In this document: positions 50,147-62,179 of the stretch, piece after piece | Layout of the letters: every line of letters starts with the position of its first letter | How positions within the stretch are numbered: the stretch's first letter is position 1 | Source: Rhina ancylostomus | Lineage: Eukaryota | Assembly: GCA_030265395.1 (NCBI GenBank) | Contig: JARFYF010000036.1 | Coordinates: 3,897,290 to 3,961,289, forward strand | Reading direction: 5' to 3' | Length of the DNA: 64,000 nt | The notes under the pieces: model-generated | The model's input: only the letters and a program-made list of their open reading frames with translations | Databases searched by the model: none | What the model was told of the DNA's origin: nothing | Made by a program: the position numbers and the translations under genes

Positions 50147-51754
50147 CTACAAGAGAAACAAAATTAAATGTTAAATATTAAACATTTAATGTTGTATGCT
50201 ACCTTCTGCTCTCTCGATCCAGTATTTCCCATACTAGGTGAAGTCATGGCAATGGGGTAGCTGTCATGGCAGTAGAACACTAGGAGGGCTGCAAAACATT
50301 TCCATTTGATTCATTGCTGGGCTGCTTCATCATCCTTTCAATGGGTAAGCGTCCCCTCTTTTTTCTATCAATGTAATTGGTGACGTGGTTTTGGCAATAT
50401 TTAAATTGACGGAATGCGATGCGAGTGTGTAGAGATCCTTCCTGTGGTTAATGGAAATGTTAACAACTTTAATTGCCTTTTTTATTAAAAATATCTTTGA
50501 TTCTCAGTACCTACAACTATCAGTGTTGGCAGTAATGGCAGTTGAATGCATCTCATTTACACATTTTCTCATGCTATCTGATTATTTTATTTAATCTGCA
50601 TGTAATTAGTTTGACATATTTCTTAGCTGTTAAATCACTTCAAAATATGCAAATTACTTGGTGATCAATCAGAAGATTTTTTTCTCTCTTTTATTCTCAA
50701 CTTAAAGTGTCCCCGGTGTCTGTGCCTTGCTGCGGTGGGACAGTTTGCACGTTCATAACATTTCTCCTCTATGTTAAATTGGTTTGAGAAAAAAGGCCAC
50801 ACAAATGCCCTGGTCCTCCCTGTTGGGGGAGAGGTAATATTCTGTAAAAAAAAACAAGTATATTTCAAAAATAGTGTTGAAGAAATCAACCACATCTGTG
50901 TGTAAGAGTCAATAACTGCCAGTTGTGAAAGCCAAAAAGTCATTTGCATGACAACTAAAGTGCTCAACACCAGGACAAAAAAAACATTTTTTGGAACATA
51001 CAGACAGTATACGAAACAGGAAAGCTAGCTCAGGTCACAACAGATCTACTCAACCTTTCCTGAAACAATTCCAGGAAACAATCCAGTCAATTCTCCAACA
51101 TCTCTAGGGGAAGCACAAGAACAGTTCTGCCCACAGTGTTACCATCAAAGCTATGTGAAGTTACAGCAAGACTTTTTCACTCTTGTACTCCGTTCACCTA
51201 GTAATAACAGATCCAATATTCCATTTACTTCCTAATTATTTGTTGCATGTGGATGAAGACCTTTGGTGTTTCTTGTCTGGAGGCATCCAGAGCTTTCTGA
51301 ACACCAGCATTCAATGATCTCCCAACAGTTCAATTCTGCTTTTCTCTCTATCAAAGTGGATAAATTGACACTTCTCTATCATCTTGCCTTGTGGTGTTTA
51401 TTCCAGGAACTGTACAAGATCAAACTTATTCAAGGTTAAAGGAGATATGCCAATATACAGCCTGTATTATTTGGTTACATGTACAGAACTCACCTCAACA
51501 TACTAGTTTGCATTGTGACATCCTAACCAGCTCCTGAGATTGAAATGGAAATCAGTTTCAAAACAAGTATGCGAAGCAAAACAGAAGAATGTTCCTAATG
51601 TGCAGTATATCAATGAGCATCAATAACATGCTCTGACATTTCTGAAAAGTGATCCTTTAACAAACTGAATTTCAGTTTGAATGAAAGACAAGTCTAACTG
51701 CCCTTTCTGACTCTATTTCCGCTTTTGTTCCCAAGTGCTAGATAGCCAATGAGG

Positions 51755-51953
51755 TATCTCGGAAGTTCTTTCACTGCTGTAATGTAGAAACATTGCAGTC
51801 AATTTAAACACAAATGGCAATGGCCAATTAATTTGTTTCTGTGCTGTTGAGGGATAAATGTCAGCCAGGGCATTGGAAAGAAATCACTTGGAAGTCTTTA
51901 AAATAGTGATATGAGATCTTTTATGTCAATCCTAAAGAGCAGATAGGACCTTG
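51755..51953 (-). mobile_element. Deu-domain SINE remnant (SacSINE1/AmnSINE1-related)
   Basis: gagggataaatgtcagccagg..aaatagtgatatgagatcttttatgtc..gcaga resembles the reverse complement of the Deu core as recalled. Similar older traces near 43480-43640 and 47500-47660. Confidence 0.55.
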
Positions 51954-52770
51954 NNNNNNNNNNNNNNNNNNNNNNNNNNNNNNNNNNNNNNNNNNNNNNN
52001 NNNNNNNNNNNNNNNNNNNNNNNNNNNNNNNNNNNNNNNNNNNNGGATAGAATTAAAAAAGAGAAAGGAAAATAAATTTCTTTTTTCAGTAAGTAAATTT
52101 TAATGTTTCCCTAAAAAAATTCAAAGCTTGAAGTAATGAGTAAAAATGTTCAAAAATTCTGATAGAGAGAGGTTAACTGTAATTTAAATGGCATAATTGT
52201 TAAAAGCATTTAAGTTTGTAATGACAAGTCTCATACTGTGGTGAGTTCAATATGCAATTAATGAGCAAAAAAGAAATCAAGTTCATCAATGTAAAGGAGA
52301 GGCAGTGTACTGTCATGTAGGCAAAGTGGCACAGTTTGGACAAGTTTTGGATATTCACGGTTAACTATGCATTTGCTTCTAGCCTGAAGTTGCAATACTA
52401 TTTGCCTACAAGTAATGGAGAAAGCCATTAACCTTGCCATTATTTTATCTGCAAATTATAGTCTATTAGTTTTGAATCCTCTGGGTTATACATTGAGTAG
52501 TATGTCTGGATCATAGTGGTGCTGCTATTGGCTTTCATTGGCCAAGCAGCACCACCTATGGCAAAGAGTTGGAACAACAGTTTGCACATTGCCATGAAGC
52601 AGTCCCAGCAGATGAGAACATTATAGATTTAAAGTAAATATCATGTCATAGGAAATAAAGAGCATGAATGGAATTTACAGTATCTTTGCATTGCAGTTTC
52701 TAAATAAAACAGCTTTATTAAAATATGTTTCACTTTTATAGGGAATGTTATGAGTCAGGTGCAATCATTA

Positions 52771-52990
52771 GGCGGCATGGTAGCGTAATGGTTAGCGCAA
52801 CACTATTACAGCACCAGTGATCGGGGTTCGATTCCCGTCGCTGTCTGTAAGGAGTTTGTGCGTGGGTTTCCTCCAGGTGCTCTGGTTTCCTCCCACATTC
52901 TAAAGATGTACGGGTAGGTTACTTTGGGGTTTAAAATGGGCAGCGTGGACTCGTTGGGCCAGAAAGGCCTGTTACCACACTGTAAATAAA
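52771..52990 (+). mobile_element. V-SINE copy with CR1-like tail (type B)
   Basis: Same head and core (B-box ggttcgattcc), but the tail is gtggactcgttgggccagaaaggcctgttaccacactgtaaataaa. Confidence 0.8.
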
Positions 52991-53329
52991 ATTTTGAAAA
53001 AAATTTAATCCAGAATTTTACAAGTAAGGTACAATTATTCACAATGTATGTTGAAGTTAAGATGCAGCTTTTTATAAAGGGCGTTACATAATTGTTCATT
53101 TAATTCCTCAAGCACATTTCCTCCAAGGTGGTAGTAGGGTGTGCATTGGTGTAGAGCATGTGAACGTTTTCTCACTAAGTGTTCAAGAAAGTAGCAATGA
53201 TTAAAAAATGACAATACATTTACGTACAAAAGATGATGCAAGCTTATTTCCCACGATGAAGCTATTCTTCCAACATGGCAGGGTATGCTAACCCATTCAT
53301 TAGGAAGCATATGGGATCCTGGGAATCAA

Positions 53330-55280
53330 AAGCAGAACAGGAAGTATAAAGCAGGAAAAGGTATGATGAACTTGCATAAGGCATTAGTTAACCAATGGCG
53401 GGAACATTGTGTCCAATTCTGGTCATCCGACTTCAGACAGGGTACAGAAAAGGCTTACAAGAATGGTTCCACAGATGAGGATTCAGCTCTACGGTTACAA
53501 TGGAGAAGCTGGGGTCCTTCACCATGCACCAAATGAGGAAGCATACATCATGAGAGATATAGACAGGACAAACTGAGACAAGCTGTTCCCAACAGTAGAT
53601 GGTTCAAGGAGCAAAGGCTAAATTTCAAATTTTGAGGCAAATGATACAAGGAGGATAGGATGAAAAAATTATGCAGGAAATAGTTATGACCCGGAATTCG
53701 CTGGGTAGGCCTGTGGAAACAGAATCTACCAGTGTCTTTAAGGGGAGCCACCTCAAATCCAACTGGCTGATTGATCTCCTGTACCATAACAATTCTATGT
53801 CTTTGTATTGTCATGATAGTAGAGAACACGGCACGTGATATGATGCACGCAACCTAGGTAATCTGTTTCAGTGAACTGTAGACTGCAGATGGTAAACGGA
53901 AGGAGGAAGAATATCTACTGCAGCATATACAAATAAGCCATGTGCTAAGTGGCTTCCTCCAAACAAAACTAAGATATACGAACAATATAAAGGAACAGAT
54001 TTTGTTAACTGGCAGTCAATCCTACACACCAGAGAGTAATTATTCATCACACGGCTGGACTACATAATAATGATTTTATATAAGACTACCTTTAAAAACA
54101 TGTACCAAGGCAGCAGCTCAAATTTTCAGCCGCATTGCATCTTGGTTGGACATTGAGTGAAAGTGGGCTAAGTTGAGGACCAACAGCTTGGCATGTGGTA
54201 CAATCAAGTTTTTTTTGGAAACCTTAGTGGAATCCTGAATTTTTCATCCATTGCTCTATTCATCTCAATATGTTTTCTAAATATGGATTAACCCTTTTCC
54301 ACACCTACGTATATTGACCTACATTTTAAAAGCACAGCAAAGAACAAGACACAGTGATCATACCATGAGAAGCTTTGGCTTAACTACAGAAAAGAACCAG
54401 GAGTATTCCAGGATAAAGATATTTAATTGGAAGAGTGCCAATTTCAGTGGGTTGGAAATGAATCTCATCAGGATAAACTGGAACCAAACATTTTGCAAAT
54501 TGAGAAGCCTTCAGAGATAGTTGAGATACAAGTAACTGCAACCTGGAGGGGGAAGGTAAGGCAAGCAATGCAAGAGCCTCCTGGATCACATACAAGCTGG
54601 AAAGGTGAGGGTATGCATGGCAGATGGCAGGTTGAAAAGCAAGAACAGCGCAACAATATAGAAGAATCAAAGAGGGATTAAAAACGTTCTGGAAGGGAAG
54701 CATTAAAGTAGACTTGCGGCTAACACAAGAAGGAATCAAAAATTCTTCTATGGACTTACAAATAATAAATATATAAGAAGATGGGGTCAGTTGGAGATGA
54801 AAATGAATACACGTTGAGGTAGCGAACACGGCAGTAGTACTAAATAAATACTGTGGTCTTTATCGAGGACCAGCAGCATAATTCATTGTAAAAGAGGGCT
54901 AACATTAGAACACCAAAGTGTATTAAAATGTACTGAAATATAGTATATTGAAAATCATACCGAAAATAGAGCAGAGTCACTACATATATTGGCTATACTT
55001 GTAATGACATTGGTCACCAGGGCCAATGGGATGTATTGTAGGTGCTTGAGGGAACCAAGGTCTTGAAGTTCAAAGCAAAAAGCTACAAACCCAAAAACTG
55101 TAGGTTGGTTAATTCAACATCTGGGACAGTTGTTTCTCAGGTTTAGGGAAGTATGCAGTGACATTGGTATCCACTGGCATTAGTAATAGACCTACTGCTT
55201 TTACAAAGATGTTTTAATGCCTTTTTACTCAGTATTACAGGGCACCATTTCAACATCTACAAATGATACAAAGCTTACAA
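53330..55280 (+). mobile_element. Old CR1 fragments (about 53330-53740 and 54340-55280)
   Basis: LHKALVNQWREHCVQFWSS (cf. LYKTLVRPHLEYCVQFWSP); IFNWKSANFSGL..LIRINW. Confidence 0.65.
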
Positions 55281-55297
55281 GTTTGATATTCCAAAGG

Positions 55298-55606
55298 AAA
55301 CAATAAATAGAATTATTGCAGTGCTGAAAAGGGCTATTCAGGCCATCAAACCCAGACAGAATGCATGGAAAGATCAGCCAATTTTATTCCCTGGCTCCTT
55401 CCTCAAAGCCCTGTATTTTAATTTCCTCCTTGTGTATCTAACCAATACCTTAGAATATCATGATTGATTTGCTTCTACCAGCAAGGGTTGGCACTTTGCA
55501 TTAAACTTCATCTGCTCAGTATCAGGCTGATATTTTCTCACAGTGTGTGTGGGTTTGATGGCCTAAATAGCCCCTTTTAGCACAGTAATAATTCCATTCA
55601 TTGTTT
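55298..55606. repeat. Inverted repeat with about 63-bp arms and about 180-bp spacer
   Basis: aaacaataaatagaattattgcagtgctgaaaagggctattcaggccatcaaaccc versus gggtttgatggcctaaatagccccttttagcacagtaataattccattcattgttt. Confidence 0.9.
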
Positions 55607-56113
55607 ATTTCATAATATCCAGAGGTTGTGAATGGCACTATGTAAAGCAAGTGTTTTGTTTCTTTCTAACTTCATGGTACTCCATATTAATCCATTCCCC
55701 CGGCCTAACACTTCTTCCAGTGATCTTATCATTCTGTGCTGCAGGGCCATCAACCTCTGTTCAACATCAATTTCCTGGTGTTCTGGACCATTTAAACCAC
55801 TTTTCATTTCCACTCTTTGGCCCATCTTCAAAGCCTCCTTAAATAACAGAGAAATCACAGTACAGGTAATGTGCCTCATCCAATCTATGTCCACATGAAC
55901 AGCGGATCTGGTCTCCCCTCCTCCCTTGCACCTGCCAATCACTATCTCTTACCTGCATCTATCTATCACCGCCCTGTGCTCACCCCGTCTCTCCCCTTTT
56001 GTCCACCTATCACTGTTCTGCTTTTGCCCCTTATATATTGGGCTTCCCCTTTTCCAGCATCATAGTGTTTTCCCCTCTCTCAATTCTTTTCCTGGTTCAT
56101 CAATGACAGCATT

Positions 56114-56224
56114 GATAAAGATTTCTTTATTAGTCACAAGTATATTGAAACACACAGTGAAATGCATCTTTTGTGTAGAGTGTTCTGGGGGCAGCCCACA
56201 AGTGTCGCCACGCTTCCGGCACCA
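56114..56224 (-). mobile_element. V-SINE 3' part truncated by gap, tail type A
   Basis: ctttattagtcacaagtatattgaaacacacagtgaaatgc..ggggcagcccacaagtgtcgcc. Confidence 0.8.
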
Positions 56225-56405
56225 NNNNNNNNNNNNNNNNNNNNNNNNNNNNNNNNNNNNNNNNNNNNNNNNNNNNNNNNNNNNNNNNNNNNNNNNNNNN
56301 NNNNNNNNNNNNNNNNNNNNNNNNNNNNNNNNNNNNNNNNNNNNNNNNNNNNNNNNNNNNNNNNNNNNNNNNNNNNNNNNNNNNNNNNNNNNNNNNNNNN
56401 NNNNN

Positions 56406-56590
56406 AATTCAGCATATACCCGTCGACCCTCACCAATTTTTATAAATGCACCGTAGAAAGCATCCTATCTGGATGCATCACAGCTTAGTATGGCAACTGC
56501 TCTGCCCAAGACCGCAAGAAACTGCAGAGAGTCCAGTCCATAACGAACACCAGTTTCCCCTCCATTGACTCTGTCTACATTTCCCACTAG
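56406..56590 (+). mobile_element. Rex1/Babar-type LINE C-terminal remnant
   Basis: TLTNFYKCTVESILSGCITA*YGNCSAQDRKKLQR resembles the post-RT region (DUF1891-like) of Rex1/Babar LINEs. Confidence 0.8.
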
Positions 56591-57349
56591 CAATCCATGG
56601 CCAATTTTTGACCATTCACCCTGCTGATGGTCTTAAAATTAAAGTGGTCTTCCTCTTTTCTGCCAGGTGCTATGTGGATACCACTGAGCATCCACACCTC
56701 ATTATCGTTGTTCTATGTGGGAGATACTTTCAGAAGTGCTGTGCCATCCAGCTTTGGAATAGTCCTGGAATATCAGCCTTTGTTTGAACAGATATCTGCT
56801 TGTTCTTCCTAAACCTCCCGACATGTTCTCCTTTGTGGTCAGTGAGAGAGAGAGTTGCTCCGGAGGATCTGACCCATACACAGACCACAACCTGCCACAT
56901 ACTCTGGGTACCAACCCTTGTTCATTATTATTAACATTATTGCCAGGAGTTCTACAGGCTGTTCCAAGATCCAGCTGCGGTGTGTGAAAGCATTCTGTTT
57001 GGATCTGTTTGTCTGTGAGATCACTGGAAGATTGCCAAAGTGCCAGGCAGATATGCTTAATAAATTTTCCACAATCCTATTAAACAATGTGTCCTCCACA
57101 TGGTGTGGTATTGTCAAGCAAGATGCAGCTGGTCTGAACCTAAAGGATGTGTTTTAATGCTCACAGATCTAAACATTATGTTCTTTGGCAAGTTCACCCT
57201 TAATCTTGATCACGTGGTTTGCTCTGAAAGGCATGTTTAATTATTTAAGGTAAAAGCAAAACACCTCTCATATTCTGTCATAATTATGGAGAGCTGTGTT
57301 TATTCCAGTGCTGATCTTGCCCCTTTTCTTATCACCTATGTAGTCATCC

Positions 57350-57705
57350 AGTCATAGAGTTATACAGTACAGAAACAGGCCCTTCGGCCCACCAAGTCTA
57401 TGCTGACCATTGTGCCTATCTGTACTAATCCCACCTGCCTGCATTAATTCCACATCCCTCTGTGCCCTGATCATTCAAGTACCCGTTCAGATGCCTCTTA
57501 AATGTTGTTACTGTTCCTGCCTCCCCCACCTCCTCTGGCAGCACATTCCAGATACCAACTACTCTTTGTGTTAAGAATTTACCCCTCAGATCCCCTTTAA
57601 ACTCTCTCCTCATCTTAAAAAATATATTCTCTGGTTTTAGACGCCACCACTCTGGGAAACAGACTCTAGCTATCTAGCCTATCTATCCCTTTCATAATTT
57701 TATTT
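57350..57705 (-). mobile_element. CR1 LINE 3' fragment
   Basis: FKGDLRGKFLTQRVVGIWNVLPEEV..FKRHL and tail acaggcccttcggcccacc. Confidence 0.88.
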
Positions 57706-57756
57706 ACCTTCCCTCTACCATCAGCTTTCTGAGTGCTCCACGTGCCCACGAACACT

Positions 57757-58056
57757 TAGATAAGATTTCTTTATTACTGACATGCACATCAAAACACACA
57801 GTGAAATGCATCTCTTTGCGTAGTGTTCTGGGGGCAGCCCACAAGTGTCGCCACACTTCCGGTGCCAACACAGCACGCCCACAACTTCCTAACCCGTACA
57901 TCTTTGGAACGTGGGAGGAAACTGGAGCCCCCAGAGGAAACCCGCGTAGACACGGGGAGAATGTACAAACTCCTTATAGACAGCAGCTGGAATTGGACCC
58001 TGGTTGTTGGCACTGCAATAGCGTTGCACTAACCGCTACACTACCATGCCTGTCCC
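57757..58056 (-). mobile_element. V-SINE full copy, tail type A
   Basis: Reverse complement of the 44617 copy. Confidence 0.85.
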
Positions 58057-58064
58057 TAGGAAAA

Positions 58065-58136
58065 TAGCAGAGGATGGTTTTGATCCATTGACCTCTGGGT
58101 TGTGGGCCCAGCATGCTTCCGCTGCACCACTCTGCG
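58065..58136 (-). tRNA. tRNA-iMet-derived copy with anticodon CAC, probably a pseudogene
   Basis: Minus strand CGCAGAGTGGTGCAGCGGAAGCATGCTGGGCCCACAACCCAGAGGTCAATGGATCAAAACCATCCTCTGCTA (72 nt) differs at 6 positions from the vertebrate initiator tRNA-Met as I recall it. Followed by TTTT. Confidence 0.9.
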
Positions 58137-58189
58137 GTGCTGCTTTCTGCACAGAACTCAAATTTCATTACTTTGCTGCAAATTTAAAC

Positions 58190-58890
58190 ATTACTCTCAC
58201 TTTCAAATGGTCAGTCTCAGATTCTTCCTTTCCTTTACAAGGGACAAGTTAGCAACACACATCCATTACAAGCCCGCAGACTTGCAATGCTTTCTCAGCT
58301 ACATTTGCACTCAGTGCCTCCTATCCTCCCAGTTCCTCTGTCTCTGTTGTAACTGCTTGATGATGAGAATTTCCACACATACCTCTGAGAGGCTTTTGTT
58401 CTTCCTGAGCCATGGCTTCCCTTTTACCATACTTGACAGATCCTTTGACCACATCTCTGCTCCCACCCTCTCTCCTCCTGGGCAGAGAAAGGCTAGAGCT
58501 CCTCTGGTCCTTGCTTTTTACACCGTCAGCCTTTGCATTCAACAGATCATCCTTCACAATTTCTGCCACATTCAACCAATTTTCCCCAGCAGACACACCT
58601 TCCCCTCCAAGCATTCTGAAGGAACTATGCTCTGTCAGTTCTTCCATCTTCAACAACTACCTTCCTACATAACTACAGTAAATGTAACACAAATCCTTTT
58701 GACTCTACCTTTCCCACCATCGAGGAATCCATATAGTTCTTCCAAGTGAAGCAGTGAATCATCTGCACTTCTTCCAAACCACTGTACTGCAGTGGGTGTT
58801 CACGACAGGGTCTCTTATATATTGGAGATATCAAACACAGATTGGGTGACCTCTTTGCAGAGTGCTGGCTTTTTAGCATCTCCCACACAG
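58190..58890 (+). mobile_element. Penelope-like element coding remnant (RT C-terminus and GIY-YIG endonuclease)
   Basis: DKLATHIHYKPAD (cf. T.IYYKPTDSHSYL), FFLSHGFP, RAPLVLAFY (cf. RVPLVLTYHP) and LYCSGCSRQGLLYIGDIKHRLGDLFAE (cf. VYCI.C..CGLLYIGETKRRLGDRFAEH). Confidence 0.85.
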
Positions 58891-60299
58891 AGCCCCAGGT
58901 ACAACTCACCTCATCAATTAGAAAACTGACTTTCCCTTCCAACTTGTAGGTGGGGACACAGTGGCAGGACAATGGCCTAACAATCTGTATTTAGAGAAGA
59001 CTTCTTTACCCTAGTTGATTCCACTTTTCCCTCACAATTCCAATTAGGTCCAGTGATTCCCATATACAGCAACCACTTTTGTCTGCAGCTGGGTTTGTTT
59101 TATTAGACTTAATCTCAGAAGTAAAACATTTCCAGTAACATTTAACCACTAAGAAATTCTATCTTAACATCAGAATGGACTTCCTTCTGGTTAATCATTG
59201 CCTTCATTTAGCACCTAGTTCTGAAAGGGAAATAAATACTAGTCTCTATTAATGGTGTATAGAATTATTTCAATACGTTTCCATACTCAAGCATTCATAA
59301 TTCACAGAAGTCATTTGCCAATGAAAACAGTTCCACAAAATAACTGAAATTATGTGATTCGATGATAGTTCCATGGTTTCAAATCATAACACTGGCCTAA
59401 CATCCAAATTATGGAGTAAGCCACAAGGATCAGGATGGACCAAAATTAATTTGTGATTAGTTGCTCCCTTTAGGTTAGGCAAGGAGAAAAAAATACTTCT
59501 CAGGGATTCTGCTCCTGATCATTACCTAACTGTTGAAATGGACAAACTAGCAATGTTGTTAAATTAGAAAACAAGATGAGTTGACTTTTATTTATTATAT
59601 GTTGTTGTGACAATTGCACAGAACATGCAGTAAAGCCAATTCCTCATGAAATCAGCAGCAGGTAACAGTTCAAAATTTAAGGACCATTCCCACTTCTTAC
59701 TTAGCTTACACAGAAATGTTGCCCTGGGATATGCATCATACCATTATTTCAACAGCAAATCAAATTAATCAGTCCAAGTTTATTGACCAAGACTAATTAA
59801 TCAGTCACAGGCTTCACATAGGGAAAAATACATCAACACATATGGGAAACAAATACTTGGTTATACATGTAAAGACTTTCCTGATAAATGGATAGAATGC
59901 ATGCACAGCAACTTTGACAGAAACTGAAGGTTCAAAGTTATTGTGCAATATTGACCACATCAAATCATTCAGCCTACAGAATGCTCTTAAACTTAATCAA
60001 AGTAAAGTTAGTATGAGGCTGCATAGGAAACATGGGCAGCAACCACTTTCCTCCATTCATTTCTGCCTTTATCCACCCTTGCTCAGTTGTTTGCAGTCTT
60101 CCCCCCATCTGTCCACAACACACTGTAGGATGTATTGGTACAGGTTCTGAGGTTTCTTTGTTCCACATCCAAACCACTGCAGCTTTATCATTTGGTTTAA
60201 GAACTCTTACTTGCCAAAAAGTCTGATTTGATCTTCAGTGGATTCATTTGTTCTATGTCCAATGTCATGGTACACATGGAAGTCTTCTGAAGCACTGCA

Positions 60300-61740
60300 T
60301 TTCAAATCACTCAGCTGATTTCCAGAGTGTCCAGGTCTCTCAACTGAACAAAACTGTTGAAGTGTCAGCAGCATAAAGTAGCTGAAATGTTGTCATCATG
60401 TGATGCTGTTTCTAATTCAGATTTGCTTCAATTTGGCTAGTTGGCCAATTAACAAAGGCTATTCTTATTTTTACTTTTGCTAAGATAGCAAAAGATAACC
60501 ATGTGTGATGGTTGCTCTGATTGCCATTTTCATTGAAGAATCATTACGGCTGTCTTATGTCATCTTTACTCCACACTAATTTTCATTCCATATTTTGTTG
60601 CACTTTCATGTAGCCTCTCCATTATTTGCTTAAATTCTCTGCAATTCCAGATTTACTTCAATATTATTCTCGAAACAAAGACAGTCAATTCTTCTTCCAC
60701 CAACTGCCACAATTTCAGTGAAGCTCTAAGACATTGGCAAATGTCTCTGTTTCCGTGATAAATATGTATGGAGAAAATACAGCTTTGCTGTACACCTGTT
60801 GTAAATCAGGAATCCATTACTACTTGTACTGTTGTAAAGTTCTTTTATAAGACTTATTATTGTAGATTGACAATATGTTTCTTCATTGTCAGCCTAACCT
60901 GTCAAAAGTTTTTTTTTAAATCTTTGAAATTATGATAGAAAATGAAATAAGAATAGCAAAAGTGAAATGGATTCTAGGCAGATGTGAAGATTCAAAAAAA
61001 CCTCTCATCACAAAATCAATACAGTTTTCAGAAACTGGAAAAGAGAACCAGGAATTGTCAAGCAAGGACATAGGCAATAAAAGACTTGCTTACTGAAAAC
61101 AGTATAGTACCCAAAGTGGGAGAGTATGCAAAAGACAGATTGGGGAATAATAATCCAACTAAAGAGGATCCAGAAATGTAAATAACAACAGAAGTTTAAA
61201 CTTCATGAGAGCAATCAGAAATATGGAAAACAGATAAAAAATTGGTTTGGAATATTTCTGCAAGAACGCAACACAAGAACAGTCCATTTGGCCCTTCGAG
61301 TTTGCTCCATCATTCATAAATCTTCTCTCTCAGGTCCATTTTCCTGCAATATCCTCATTTATCCAGTTTCAGAATAAATACTTGCAGACCAGGAGAAATA
61401 TGATAGTTTATAAAGTAAAAATCTGCAATATGATAAGGTAAATCTGGCAAATGCAACAGAAAGTTTAATAACAATTCCGAAAGAAAGAAAGGGACTCTAA
61501 AACAATATAGCAACTATCACACTATTAGTCTCATCCGTCAAGCAAGGCAGGCAATTTTTAGAATATCTGAGGCTTGTGCTTGTTTACAACATTCTGGAAC
61601 AAGCTGCGTTCAGGTCAGGAAGAGTCATTACAGAACAAATGTTCAGCTTCAATAATTTCAAAAAAGTACCTGACTACCTAAAGTTCACAAGTTTTATTAT
61701 TAATATTCAACACAATAAACACCAAGACCCTAATATCATT
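60300..61740. mobile_element. RTE-like LINE remnants (about 60300-60905 minus, 61430-61740 plus)
   Basis: Plus strand TISLIRQA..EQAAFRSGRVITEQMFS (cf. TISLISHASK..EQAGFRxGRSTxEQIF). The minus block is RT-like but heavily decayed. Confidence 0.55.
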
Positions 61741-61953
61741 AAGTGCTGAGAGACAATGATTCTTTATTTACCAGTACTAATTAATGGTTTCCCAAGTTAA
61801 AGGTGGCGTATGATTACGAACTCACTTGCCAACAATGCTCTTTTTGCATTAGCACTATGCACTGCCGAGTCTTTGAAGCCATAAAGGGAGAGTGACGGTT
61901 TGACCGAAAGATTCAAAACTTACACCACGCAGGTTGAGAATTTGGTTACTTAC

Positions 61954-62078
61954 AATAATGTCATGCTGTCCAAACACTGGCATTTCCCACAGTGACTGGT
62001 TGGTGAACTTGTTGAAATAATATGGCCTGTTTTCTCTCCTACTCCAACACTTCGACCATCCTGCCTGCACCAGCTCAT
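61954..62078 (-). CDS. PCIF1: PCIF1 coding exon, WW domain (most 5' exon found)
   Basis: Translates (D/x)ELVQAGWSKCWSRRENRPYYFNKFTNQSLWEMPVFGQHDII, the PCIF1 WW domain. Acceptor ttctttacag, donor gtaagt, 125 nt. Confidence 0.97.
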
Positions 62079-62179
62079 CTGTAAAGAATACAATCAAGGT
62101 TAAAGTAAATTGAAAACCACACTTATTCTATCAATGACATGTGAAATTTACTTCAGTCACAGATTAGTCAAAATGAGGC

